From: Mobula hypostoma
Lineage: Eukaryota
Length of the DNA stretch: 64,000 bases
Assembly: GCF_963921235.1 (NCBI RefSeq)
Contig: NC_086101.1
Coordinates: 22,072,001 to 22,136,000, forward strand
Direction of reading: 5' to 3'
The notes beneath the pieces are model-generated. The model did no database searches. It was not told the origin of the DNA and saw nothing but the letters and a program-made list of their open reading frames with translations. The first letter of the stretch is position 1. Each line of letters opens with the position of its first letter. A program made the translations under genes and the position numbers. This document shows, in pieces, positions 11,587 through 24,279 of this stretch.

Positions 11587-13254
11587 TATGGGGATTTTAT
11601 GGGGATTTCTGGTCTGATGCCATGCCAGCTGCTGCCATGCCAGATGGAGATGCAGCTTGTCAGGAAGTTCTCAATGGTGCTCCTGTGAAACACAGTTAAG
11701 ATTGGGTGGGGGGGGGGTGGGATGGGTAGCCTTGCTTGCCTCAATCTTCTTAGGAAGTGGAGGTGCTGCTGAGGGTCCTTGCTCAGGGAGGTGTTGTTAA
11801 GGTGAGGTTATCTGTGATGTGAGCTCCCGGGAACCTGGTGCACTTAAATCGCTCTACAGCAGAGCACTATTCACAGGGGGGGATGGTTTGTCTGCATCTT
11901 CCTGAAGTCCACAATGATCTCCTTGCTGTTGTCCACGTTCAGGCTCAGGTTGTTCTCCTCACACCGATCTGCCAGCCACTCCTCTTCCTCTCCATACTCC
12001 ATCTTGTCACCGTTTTTGATAAGGCCAACAACTATTGTGCCAGCCGCGTACTTGATGACACGGTTTGAGCTGAGTTCAGTTCAGAATCCTGCACGCTGGC
12101 ATCCTGGTGTGCTCTGCACCCTCCCTCAATAATGAATACAACAGAGGGCTCTTGGGGTGTCAGTCTACAGATCCCTCAAAGTTGCTGCACAAGTTGCTTG
12201 GGCGGGTGCGAAGGTGTATGGTGTGCTGTTCTCCATTATTCTGGTGATTGAATCCAAAATCCGTGAGGTAACGTTGCAGGTTCATAACACTGCTTGGACC
12301 ATACTTAGAGTATTGGAAGGATGTGGAAGCTTTGGAGAGCATGAAGAGGAGATTTACTAGGATGCTGCCTGGATTAGAGAGCATGTCTTATGAGGAAAGG
12401 TCGAGTGAACTAGGGCTTTTCTCTTCGGAGCGAAGGGGGATGGGAGGTGACTTAACAGAGGTGTCAAAATGAACAGGCATTAATAGAGTGAACAGCCTTG
12501 ATAACCCTGCCTGTACAATATGTGAACTCCTCCCATGTGGGAGTGGTTAATGGAGTGCCATAGGAATAACACTATTAACTACCACTACACATTTTACTAA
12601 GAATCATGTCATTAACCTTGTAATCTGCCTTCAATATGACCTTCTGAAGTGCATCACTTCACAATTTTTTTTCAATGGGCCTTGGGTTTTCCAACTGGCC
12701 CTTTCAGAACATGCATTCAAAACTTGACGCCGATCAGAAGAGACGTTGCCCAGTCCGACCAAACTACCACTTGTGCTAATTAACAGGCGTTTTAACCCAA
12801 AACCTAAAGGCTGCAGGCTTGTTTAACAGTAAGGTATAATGGGCTGTTCAGCTTTGTTGGAAAGATGGAACATTAAGTAAAGCTTTTTGAAAGAGTCGTA
12901 GCTCTGGTCAGAATAATAGTTCGGCACAGACCAGATGGACTAAAGGGTCTGTTTCTGTGTTGTAGTGATTTGTGATTCAATGACTCAGAGACAGAAGCTT
13001 TCAGATACACTGAACTGGTGACAAACACAACAGGTTTTGATGCCTACACCACTGGGAGTTGGCCATGAGAGATTCAAGATTCAAGACTCAAAACTGGTTA
13101 ATGTCATTTCCTTTGCACGGGTGTAAAAGAGAATGAAACAATTGTTACTCCAGATTGGATCAGCGCAACGAAACACGATAATATAAAATACAGAATAATA
13201 ACAATAAAACACAATAAATATAATACATAAGATTGTATAAATGTACAAATGGTG

Positions 13255-13645
13255 TTTTATATATAACATAAATATAATCCATAAGGGCAGTGTCCATTAT
13301 TAAGGACCCCATCACCCAGGACCTGCCCTCTTCTCATTGCTACCATCAGGAAGGAGATACAGGAGCCTGAAGACACACACTCAGCAACTCAGGAGCAACC
13401 TCTTCCCCCTTTGCCATCCGATTTCTAAATGGACATTGAACTCATGAACACTATCTTTGTTAACTTCTGTTTTGCACTATTTTTAAGTTAACTAATTAAT
13501 ATACGTACATATACTTACTGTAATTGATAGATAGATTGATTGATTCTATATTATCATGTATTGCGTTGTACTGCTGCCACTGAGTTAACACATTTCACGA
13601 CATATGCCGGTGATGTTAAACCCGATTCTAATTCTGATTCTGATT
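13255..13645 (+). mobile_element. Old Rex1/Babar-type 3' end with (GATTCT)n tail
   Basis: ctctcattgctaccatcaggaaggagatacaggagcctgaag...gatgttaaacccgattctaattctgattctgattctg. Similar fragments recur near 9070, 14150, 26040, 37730, 43260, 46750, 50480, 57990 and 60200. Confidence 0.7.
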
Positions 13646-14539
13646 CTGACACTAAACCGAAGAGAGTCCAGTCCAATCCATGACTCACAGAACTTCGGTA
13701 ACATCCTCCGACACCCTCGAGGAAGAGGAAGACAACTCGTACACAGAGGCAGAGGCAGAGGTAGAGCAGCGAAGATCATCACACAGAGACACCTAATCTA
13801 TCAGCCACGAGTGATAGGCAGTCACACACAGACATCTTATCATCAGCAATTAGTGACAGGCAGACACACACAGACATCTTATCCGGCAGCTGCAAGAGGC
13901 AGATAGTCGGCTCCTTGAGGTTTCAATCTTCCTCAGCGCTTTAATTGCCAATTAATGGATGCTTTAATTGGTGAAATGGAGTGGATCATGGACTCGCGCC
14001 CATCTCTGAGTTTCACCATGAGGCTGAACACACTTGTCTCCTGGGAGACAGCAGAGCACAAGATAACTCAATCTCTAAACTGTAAATCGCCGACTCTAAC
14101 AGTCCCAGAAGCACATTTAAGATAAAAGGAAGATGTACAAAAAGTGAAATAAACAGTTTCGTGGACTATCTGAAAGACATTGCCGGAGGATTTTTTTATT
14201 ATTCATTTTTGCGCTATTTTTAATTTAACTATTTAGTATACATATACATATTTACTGTAATTGTTTTATTTATATTTTCTTACAATTATCATGTTGCATC
14301 ATATTGCTGTTGCTAAGTTAACAAATTTCATGACAGGCTGGTGATTCTGACTCTGATTATATGTATAGGCCCATATAACATATACATATGTACATAAAGT
14401 GATACTAGGTGCAGGAGTGTCTGCGCATAAGGTGACTGACAGGAAATGATAACGTAGAGGTAAATGGGAGAGGAAGTGATAAGGATACCTGTAGAGAGGC
14501 CACACCAGCAGCGCGGCTGTGTAGCCGTCAGCGCAATCA

Positions 14540-17500
14540 CCGAGTGGGGTTTGATAGGTTTTCCAGAGTTGTTCGAGAGGGTTTAACCTAATTTGGTGGA
14601 GGGATGGAAACTGGTATGATAGTGCTGAGGATGAGGTAGATAGATAGATAGATAGACATACTTTATTGATCCTGAGGGAAATTGGGTTTCGTTACAGTTG
14701 CACCAACCAAGAATAGAGTATAAATATAGCAATAAAACCATAAATAATTAAGTAATAATATGTAAATTATGCCAGATGGAAATAAGTCCAGGACCAGCCT
14801 ATTGGCTCAGGGTGTCTGACCCTCCAAGGGAGGAGTTGTAAAGTTTGATGGCCACAGGCAGGAATGACTTCCCATGACGCTCTGTGTTGCATCTCGGTGG
14901 AATGAGTCTCTGGCTGAATGTACTCCTGTGCCCAACCAGTACATTTTGTAGTGGATGGGAGGCATTGTCAAAGATGGCATGCAACTTGGACAGCATCCTC
15001 TTTTCAGACACCACCGTCAGAGAGTCCAGATCCATCCCCACAACATCACTGGCCTTGCGAATGAGTTTGTTGATTCTGTTGGTGTCTGCTGCTACCCTCA
15101 GCCTGCTGCCCCAGCACACAACAGCAAACATGATAGCACTGGCCATCGCAGACTCGTAGAACATCCTCAACATCGTCCAGCAGATGTTAAAGGACCTGGT
15201 CTCCTCAGGAAATAGAGACGGCTCTGACCCTTCTTGTAGACAGCCTCAGTGTTCTTTGACCAGTCCAGTTTATTGTCAATTCGTATTCCCAGGTATTTGT
15301 AATCCTCCACCATGTCCACACTGACCCCCTGGATGGAAACAGGGGTCACCGGTGCCTTAGCTCTCCTCAGGTCTATCACCAGCTCCTTAGTCTTTTTCAC
15401 ATTAAGCTGCAGATAATTCTGCTCACACCATGTGACAAAGTTTCCCACCGTAGCCCTGTACTCAGCCTCACCTCCCTTGCTGATGCATCCAACTATGGCA
15501 GAGTCATCAGAAAACTTCTGAAGATGACAAGACTCTGTGCAGTAGTTGAAGTCTGAGGTGTAAATGGTGAAGAGAAAGGGAAACAAGACAGTTCCCTGTG
15601 GAGCCCCAGTGCTGCTGATCACTCTGTCAGACACACAGTGTTGCAAGCACACGTACTGTGGTCTGCCACTCAGGTAATCAAGAATCCATGACACCAGGGA
15701 AGCATCCACCTGCATCGCTGTCAGCTTCTTCCCCAGCAGAGCAGGGCGGATGGTGTTGAACGCACTAGAGAAGTCAAAAAACATGAGCCTCACAGTGCTC
15801 GCTGGCTTGTCCAGGTGGGCGTAGACACGGTTCAGCAGGTAGACGATGGCATCCTCAACTCCTAGTCGGGGCTGGTAGGCGAACTGGAGGGGTTCTAAGT
15901 GTGGCCTGACCATAGGCTGGAGCAGCTCCAGAACAAGTCTCTCTAGGGTCTTCATGATGTGGGAGGTCAATGCCACCAGTCTGTAATCATTGAGGCCGCT
16001 GGGGCGCGGCGTCTTCGGCACAGGGACGAGGCAGGACATCTTCCACAGCACAGGAACCATCCGGAGCCTCAGGCTCAGGTTGAAGACATGGTGAAGTACT
16101 CCACATAGCTGGGGAGCACAGGCTTTGAGCACTCTGGTGCTGACACCATCCGGTCCTGCGGCCTTGCTTGGGTTGAGACGTTTCAGCTGTCTTCTCACCT
16201 GTTCAGCTGTGAAGCCCACCGTGGTGGTTTTGTGTGGGGAAGGGGTATAGTCATGAGAGCAGGGTGGGGGGCTATGAGGAGGGGTAGGAGGGGAGAGTGG
16301 AATATGTATTGATTGGGGGCCAACAACAGATGGCTCATGAGGAGGATGGGCAGGGGTTACAATGTCAAATCTGTTAAAGAACAGGTTAAGTTCGTTGGCC
16401 CTGTCCACACTGCCTTCAGCTCCTCTGTTGCTAGTCTGCCGGAACCCAGTGATGGTCCTCATCCCCCTCCAGACCTCTCTCATGTTGTTCTGGTTTACAA
16501 ACCGAGGCAGTGCATGGTGAGACTCCTAACAAGGAGAGGCTGACGATCGGGCAAAATTGCAGTCAATAGGATGAGTTACAGACAAAATTGAAAAGGATGA
16601 ATACAGGACTGAAGTTGGTATATGGAATAATGTAGAGGAATTTGTAGCACAGTTGCAGTTTGGCATGTATGATGTTGTGGGCATCATTGAACCATGACTG
16701 AAAGAAGATTATAGCTGGGAGCTGAATATCAAAGGATACACGTTGTATCGAAAGGGTAAGGATTTCACGCTGCATACTGTGTACATTCACTGACATTAAA
16801 TTGAACCATTGGATCTTTTCTAGTTGGCTGACGGTGACTAGCGGTGTTCCACAGGGGCCTGTGTTTGTTTTCACGTTATATGTCGACGACTTGAATGATA
16901 AAATTGATGGCTTTGTCGCAAAGCTTGCATGCCATACGAAGGTGGAGGGGCAGGTAGTTTTGAGGAAGTAGAGAGTCAACAGAAGGACTTAGAAAGATCA
17001 GGAGAGTGGGCAAAGAAATGGCAGATAGAATACAGAGTCAGGAAATGTATGGTCATGCACTTTGTTAGAAGAAACAAAAGGGCAGACTATTTTCTAAGTG
17101 GAGAGAAATTTTGAAAATCCAAGAGGACTTGCATATCCTTGCATAGGATTCCCGAAAGGTTAATTTGCAGGTGGTGAGGGAGGCAAGTGTGATGTTAGCA
17201 TTCTGTTTACGAGGGCTGGAATATAAAGCAATAGTATACTGTTGAGACACTGGTGAGGCCTCAGCTGAAGTATTGTGAACAGGTTTGGGCCCCTTATCTT
17301 AGAGAGGGTGTGCTGACACTGGAGAGGTTTCAAAGGAGGTTCATGAAAATGACTCTAGGATTAAATGGCTTGTCATATGAAGAGCGTTTGACGGCTGTGG
17401 GCCTGTATTCACTGGAATTCAGAAGAATGAGGGGTGACCTGATATTAAACCTATGGAATGTTGAAAGGCCTCAATTGAGTGGATGTGGAGAAGATGTTTC

Positions 17501-17805
17501 CTCTGGTGGGAGAGTCTAGGACCAGAGGAGCATCCTTTTAGAACAGAGATAAGGAGGAATTTCTTAGTCAGAAGTGGTGACTCTGTGGAATTTGTTGCCA
17601 CTGGCGGCTGTGGAGGCCAAATCTTTATGTACATTAAGGCAGAGTTTGATAGATTCTTGATTGGTCAGGGCATGAAGGGATACAGGGTGAAGGCAGGAGA
17701 TTGGGGCTGAGAGGGAAAATTGATCAGCCATGAGATGGCAGAGCAGACTTGATGAGCCGAAAGGTCTAATTCTGCTCCAATATCTCATGGTATTATACGG
17801 CCCTA
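14540..17805 (+). mobile_element. Internally deleted CR1 LINE split by Rex1 copy B
   Basis: ORF1-end sequence (gagagggtttaacctaatttgg...gatgaggtag) resumes at about 16490 (tggtttacaa). Short APE piece, then RT (gtgactagcggtgttccacagggg) and C-terminus/3'UTR. Confidence 0.8.
14636..16490 (-). mobile_element. Young Rex1/Babar LINE copy B with a 438-aa RT ORF
   Basis: Motifs KAAGPDGV, LQFAYQP, FFDFSSAFNTI, GAPQGTVL, FSDDSAIVG, YKYLGI. A frameshift near 15190 separates the C-terminal ORF 14799-15173. (ATCT)n tail. Confidence 0.95.
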
Positions 17806-18319
17806 TTCCTGCCACTATCTGAAATGTACGTATTCTAGACTATGACTACTACTACCATTCCCTGTGACCACGAGGGTGCTCCCATTTCCTCCCACATTCC
17901 AAAGATGTATGGTTAGTAGGATTATTGGTCACATAGGAACAATTGGACAGTGTGGGTTTGTTCTGCTGACACAAACAAAAGTAATGATAAACGTGACTGA
18001 TGATGAACTTGAATCTGATCCAGGTCTCTATTGTGGACTGACAGTGGGAAGAAGGCAGGGAGAGGGGAATCCTGGTTGGCAAAAGGGGAAAAGAGAGGGG
18101 AGGGAGCAGGAAGCACCAGAGAGACATTCTGTAATCAATTGTTTGGAATCAAAGGACCTTGCCTGGTGTCTCAGGGCTGGGTGTGTCTGTACCCATGCCA
18201 CCCTCCCCCAACCCCTAGCACTCCTTCTCTGTCCTCTGTCTCACACCCCTCCCACGACACCCCATCCTCACCATTTCCAACGTCTTTTGCTCCTTCCAGA
18301 TTTATAATCTCACTCAAAA

Positions 18320-19030
18320 AATGCTGGTGAATGCAGCAGGCCAGGAGCATCTCTAGGAAGAGGTACAGATGACGTTTCGGGCCGAGACTCTTTGTCAGGA
18401 CTAACTGAAAGAAGAGATAGTAAGAGATTTTAAAGTGGGAGGGGGAGGGGGAGATCCAAAATGATAGAAGACAGGAGGGGGAGGGATGGAGCCAAGAGCT
18501 GGACAGGTGATTGGCAAAAGGGATACGAGAGGATCATGGGATGGGAGGCCTAAGGAGAAAGAAAGGGGGAGGGGAGCCCAGAGGATGGGCAAGGAGTTAT
18601 AGTGAGAGGGACAGAGGGAGAAAAAAAGAGAGGAAAAAAGGGGGGAACGGGGGGGTGTGGGATAATAATAAATAAATAAATAAGGGATGGGGTACGAAGG
18701 GGAGTTAGAGAAGTCGATGTTCATGCCATCAGGTTGGAGGCAACCCAGACGGAATATAAGGTGTTGTTCCTCCAACTTGAGTGTGGGTTCATCTTGACAG
18801 TAGAGGAGGCCGTGGATAGACATATCAGAATGGGAATGGGATGTGGAATTAAAATGAGTGGCCAATGGGAGATCCTGCTTTCTCTGGCGGACAGAGCGTA
18901 GGTGTTCAGCGAATCGGTCTCCCAGTCTGCGTCGGGTCTCGCCAATGTAGAGAAGGCCGCATCGGGAGCACCGGGCGCAGTATATCACCCCAGTCGACTC
19001 ACAGGTGAAGTGTCGCCTCACCTGGAAGGA
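18320..19030 (-). mobile_element. Penelope-like element 3' part: GIY-YIG endonuclease plus pLTR
   Basis: ORF HFTCESTGVIYCARCSRCGLLYIGETRRRLGDRFAEHLRSV...EEQHLIFRLG, followed by the pLTR repeat. Confidence 0.92.
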
Positions 19031-19094
19031 TGTGTTTGCGTTATAATCTCACTCTCCACCTCATGTTGACAAATACGCGTGCCGAAGACTCTTG

Positions 19095-19642
19095 CACTTT
19101 ATTAGGTATGCCTGAACACCTGCTCATCAATGCAAGTATCTAGTCAGTCAATCATGTGGCAGCAAATCAATGCATAGAAGCATGCAGATGTGGTCAAGAG
19201 GTTCCTTTTTCTGTTCAGACCAAACATTAGAGTGTGGAAGAAATGTGATCTAAGTGACGTAGAACGTGGATTGATTGCTGGTGCCAGACAGGGTGGTTTG
19301 AGTATCTCAGAAACTGCTGATCTCCTGGGATTTTCATGCACAGATGTCTCTAGATTTTACAGACAATGGCATGAAAAACAAAAAGACTTCCAGTGAGTGC
19401 CAGTTCTGTGGGCAAAAACACCTTGTAATGAGAGAGATCAGAAGAGAATAGCCAGACTTGTTCAAGCAGACAGGAAGGTGACTGTAACACAGTTGTGTGC
19501 AGAAGAGCATCTGTGAATGCACAACACGTCAAGCCTTGAAGTGGATGGGTTACAGCAGCAGAAAACCACAAACATACACTCTGTCACACTCTGTGGCCAC
19601 TTTATGAGGTGAAGGAGGTTCGTAATAAAGTGGGCACGGAGT
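19095..19642 (+). mobile_element. Tc1-like non-autonomous element
   Basis: TIR cactttattaggta...taataaagtgggcacggagtg; transposase N-terminus KKCDLSDVERGLIAGARQGGLSISETADLLGFS. Confidence 0.85.
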
Positions 19643-19899
19643 GCTGTTACATACAAAATGGATTTTGTGGGGATTTTCCACATGAAAATAGACAATGTAC
19701 ACGCCAAATCTCAACACTAATGATAGAGCAGCAAATCGTTCATGTCTCACTGAATTTTGCTTGTTAGTGTTACAAACCTTCCTGTTTGGCACATTGCCCA
19801 GTAGTCTGTTTGATGTTGAATACTTGCCGGAACTGTGAATTAGGTTATTAAGTTTTGTCCATATAAGTAAGGTCCTAGTGAATGGTTAACTTGCAATAG

Positions 19900-20990
19900 A
19901 ACACAGAACATAGAACATAGAATAGTACCCCACAGTCAGGCCCTTCGGCCCACAATATTATGCCGATCCTCAAACCCTGCCTCCCATATAACCCCCCACC
20001 TTAAATTCCTCCATATACCTGTCTAGTAGTCTCTTAAACTTCACTAGTGTATCTGCTTCCACCACAGACTCAGGCAGTGCATTCCACGCACCAACCACTC
20101 TCTGAGTAAAAAACCTTCCTCTAATATCCCCCTTGAACTTCCCACCCCTTACTTTAAAGCCATGTCCTCTTGTATTGAGCAGTGGTGCCCTGGGGAAGAG
20201 GCACTAGCTATCCACTCTATCTATTCCTCTTATTATCTTGTACACCTCTATCATGTCTCCTCTCATCCTCCTTCTCTCCAAAGAGTAAAGTCTTAGCTCC
20301 CTTAATCTCTGATCATAATGCATACTCTCTAAACCAGGCAACATCCTTGTGAATCTCCTCTTTACCCTTTCCAATGCTTCCACATCCTTCCTACAGTGAG
20401 GCGACCAGAAATGGACACGGTACTCCAACTGTGGCCTAAACAGAGTTTTATAGAGCTGTATCATTACCCCGTGACTCTTAAACTCTATCCCTTGACTTAT
20501 GAAATAACTCCTTTTTCAAGCTGGAACATAAAGTGCATAAACAATTCATGTGTGCTCCACTGTTTTCATGTCATTATTGGTGGCATGCGTCTTTAGTGGT
20601 TATGATTCTAAGGTCTGAGAATTCCCTTCCTGAATCTCTCTCATTCTCCATCTCTCTCCACTACTTTGAATTTCTACCAAGGACCTTTTAGCTTTTTAGC
20701 CAGCTCTCTGCCAGCTTCCTTTATACAGTATGTCATAGAACACAGAACATGAGAGCACACTAAAGGGCTTTCAGCCCACAATGTTGTGCTGACCTTTTAA
20801 CCTACTCCAAGATCAATCTAACACTTTCCTCCCACATGGACGTCCATTTTCTCTTTTCTCTTCTCTTAAACATCCCTAAAGTATCTGCCTCCACCACCAC
20901 CCCGGCCAGCACATTCCATGCACCCACCACTCTCTGTGTAAAAGACCTACAGTATCTCTGACACTCACCCTGTACTTTCCTTGACATTAT
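19900..20990 (-). mobile_element. CR1 3' fragments (two pieces)
   Basis: ORF 20204-20464 (PQLEYRVHFWSP...ERVKRRFTRMLPG) and tail ttctatgttctatgttct. Confidence 0.8.
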
Positions 20991-20992
20991 TT

Positions 20993-21305
20993 AATTAAGG
21001 CATCCATTAGTCTTGTGAGACCATGGATCTGCGCCTGGAAAGTCTTCACTCTCCAGGGCGCAGGCCTGGGCAAGGTTGAATGGAAGACCAGCAGTTGCCC
21101 AAGTTGCAAGTCTCCCCTCTCAACGACACTGATGTTGTCCAAGGGAAGGGCATTAGGACCCAAAGAGCTTGGCACCAGTGTCGTTGCAGAGCAATGTGTG
21201 ATTAAGTTCCTTGCTCAAGGACACAACACGCTGCCTCAGCTGGGGCTTGAACTCACGACCTCAGATCACTAGTCGAATGCCTTAACCACTTGGCCACGTG
21301 CCCAC
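20993..21305 (-). mobile_element. tRNA-derived SINE, same family as 7960-8259
   Basis: Reverse complement aligns over its full length with 7960-8259. Confidence 0.88.
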
Positions 21306-21934
21306 ATCTTAAAATTCTGCCCCCTCTTATTAGCCATATCTGTCCTGGGAAAGTGTCTTCTTCAATGTATGTGTGTAGAGATGACTGAATGCCTCATTGA
21401 CTGAAAGAGAAGATTGGTTCTGTTAAGTTTAACAGAGTGTGTTTACCGAATTGACATTTTTCAGTAAGAATACACTTGAAACACTAACAAATATTTCTGT
21501 TTTTTGAAACCATTCCATAACAGCGAGGTGCTTGGAGAGAGAGAAACCACAAGCAAGCACATTTCCTGTCCTAGTGGTATCAGCAGTGACCAATGTCTTC
21601 CAAAGAAGTAACCAGAGCAACAGGGTCAGAGGCACAGAAGGAAATGGTTCTCTACAAAAACTAAGTAGCAGCTTGTTCAGATGAAATAATTGCTGTGTGC
21701 AAATGTGCACACTTGGGATTTATACTTGGCGTCTCCATCAAGAGATGTGTTCAACCAGGAGAGACTAGGAACGGGCAAATCAAAAGGACCCAAATGAAAC
21801 TTCTCCACAGGGAAGGGTAAACAGTGATAAAATGATAAGATCATTATCACGATATTAAAAGAGAATCTTTATGAGAAAAGTATATTAAATAAATAATGAT
21901 ATAAACATAAAAATAATTAGAACTCTTCATATAT

Positions 21935-22580
21935 ATATGGATTACCTCCACCAACCCAGAAAGCCCACATCCTTTGTCAAAGCTGGAAAACAACCACAGC
22001 CTCAGCTCAAACCACCAGCAGGTTTGTTCACCATGGCACCTGACTGGCAACTGAAAGTCGATATTGGCAAATTCCCGGCCTTCATCGTATCATCATCCCT
22101 GAGGCCTCACATGGTCACTCTCAGAAACCTCAAAGCAGGTGGTCATGGTAGAACTGACAGTGCCGTGGGAAGACCGGACTGAGGAGGCACTTGAGTGTGA
22201 GAAAACCAGGTACCAGGAGCTGGTCGAGCAGTGCCCGAGACAGGGGGGAGGGCACGATGAGAGTCTACAGAGGTGGGGTATAGAGGTTCTGCCAGCTGCT
22301 CACTGTGCAGAACCTACTCTCTTCTTGACATGACAGGGTCTGCAAACAGAAGAACCATCAGGACCATCACAGAGGCTGCTGAGTGAGCCTCCAGATGGCT
22401 ATGGATCAAGAGCTGTGACCCCAGGACCATTGCTGCTGGGACACAAGCCAGGGACTGATCAACCCTGGCTGGTTCACCTGGGCGAGAGAGTCTGATGCTG
22501 AAAGACCTGAAACACCCGATGACCGCAGATTACATCACTGATGATGTGTCCCAGTGCATCCTAGGAGGTGTCTCAGCATC
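21935..22580 (+). mobile_element. HERO-like (restriction-like endonuclease) non-LTR retrotransposon 3' fragment
   Basis: Translation SLRPHMV...QVVMVELTVPWEDRTEEALECEKTRYQELVEQC matches the RPD...ELTVPWE RLE motif of the HERO/NeSL group. Confidence 0.75.
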
Positions 22581-22849
22581 ATTGAAAATAAAATCATAAA
22601 CTATCAATATAAAATAATAAAAGTGACATGTATCCGTACTAAAGATCTAAATTGATAATGCTTTGATTGTCATACTGCATGCAATTAAAAACGGTAGATT
22701 TAATTAGTGGGACATAAATGACATTAAAGTTAAATTGTAAACTTTAAGTGGAACTTCACTGGATTTCTTCCAGCTTCATTGGGACTAACCACCATTGCAG
22801 CTTTCGGTTCTCCCACAAATAAAATCACATATTTCATCAAAGACAAAAC

Positions 22850-23170
22850 CAAACAGCACTACATTATTCTGGCTGCTGTACACAGTGCTCCTGATGTGGC
22901 CTCCTTTACCAGCTTTTTTGAACTACTCTGTGGAATTCAATACCTAAAACTATAGGGGATGCAGACTCAGTTGACACTTTTAAACTCCAGCTCAAATCCG
23001 ATTTATTTAACCTTGCTATTAATGAACATTGTTTTGTCTTTTATTTACATGTTTATTTCTATTTTATATTATTTTTATACCTATAATTTTATCCCATTGT
23101 AAATTGCTTTGAACTACATGATCTGTATAGAAAGGACTCTATAAATAAAGTTATTGTTCTTATCGTATTT
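22850..23170 (+). mobile_element. L2 LINE 3' end
   Basis: ctgtggaattcaatacctaaaactataggggatgcagactcagttgacacttttaaactccagctcaaa (LWNSIPK..FKLQLK) and tail ataaataaagttattg. Confidence 0.6.
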
Positions 23171-23419
23171 TTATCGTTTCTCAGCTCAAGCTGGTGAAAC
23201 CTGAGGTACAGACATAGACAAGCACGCTCATTTCTTAATCGCTAGGATTTTTACGACTATTCTAGTGGTGTTTACTATTGAGGCTTTCTGGAGATTTGCA
23301 TAGATATGGCTGTATAGGCCTAATTGTTTCGTGCTACTGTGTCGTGACTGTGGTGATACCACTTGTAGATATTACTGCTGGGATATTATCATTTGTGTAT
23401 ATTATTATTATTATCATCA

Positions 23420-24030
23420 CATTGGTGAGAACCAGTGTAGATGATTGGGACACGCTTCATTGAGCACCTCAGCTCTATCCACAAAGTGGAATTTCCCAGC
23501 AGACAACCATTTTGATTCCTATCGCCATTCGCATTCTGACACATCGGACCATGGCCTCCTCTTCTGCCATGATGAAGCCACTTTCAGGCTGGAGGAGCAA
23601 CACCTCATGTTCTGTCTATGTAGCCTCCAACCTGATGACACAAACATCGATTTCTCCAACTTCTGCTCCCCCACCTTTCCTCTCCCTTATTCCCCCACTC
23701 TGGCATCTTACCTCTTCTCCTCACCTCCCCCTAGTGCCCCTCCTCTTTCCCTTTCTCCCAGGTCCATTCTCCTCTCCTATCAGATTCCTGCTTCTCCAGG
23801 CCTTTGCCTTTTCCACTTATCACTTCCCAGCTTGTTACTTCATCCCCCACCCCCACTTATCAGCTTCTAGCTTGTCCCCTTTCCCCTCCCCCCACCTTCT
23901 TATTCTGGCACCTTCCCCCTTCCTCTCCAGTCCTGATGAAGGTTGCCGTCCCAAAATGTCAGCTGTTTATTCAATTCCATCGATGCTGTCTGACTTGCTG
24001 AGTTCCTCCTGCATTTTGTGTGTGTTGTTC
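23420..24030 (+). mobile_element. Penelope-like GIY-YIG remnant plus pLTR (older)
   Basis: HSHSDTSDHGLL...RLEEQHLMFCL, then cagtcctgatgaagg pLTR. Confidence 0.85.
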
Positions 24031-24279
24031 TGTTAACTCAGGATTGCTCTGGGCTGTGATAAGCCGTCTTTAGGAGGATAAAGAAACTGTTTCAAGGTCA
24101 TGCTGATATTAATCTTACCAATAAACATAATAACCTCAACAATTTATGGGAATCCCAAGTCCAAGGCATACTGGAAAACATGAAGAACTTTGTGGTTCCA
24201 ATGGGAGGACATCCATTTAAATATTTAAATGTTTTGCCTCAAATTAATGAAAAACGCATGCTAGAAAATCATTTGTGCA

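Larger units (their letters stand above)
9540..12070 (-). mobile_element. Old Rex1/Babar-type LINE fragment that hosts a younger Rex1 insertion
   Basis: Degenerate RT/3' sequence at 9540-9984 resumes at about 11600 (ggtctgatgcc). Confidence 0.6.

Noticed and set aside
14388-14450. Similarity to 34642-34712 near the receptor promoter (gtacataa...ggtgcaggag...tgacaggaaatga)
   Set aside because: It looks like part of a dispersed LINE-associated repeat rather than a duplicated promoter. This also weakens the ETS call at 34701.
21400-21830. Unique sequence with open frames and possible splice sites
   Set aside because: No recognisable motif and no phase-consistent link to either gene model.
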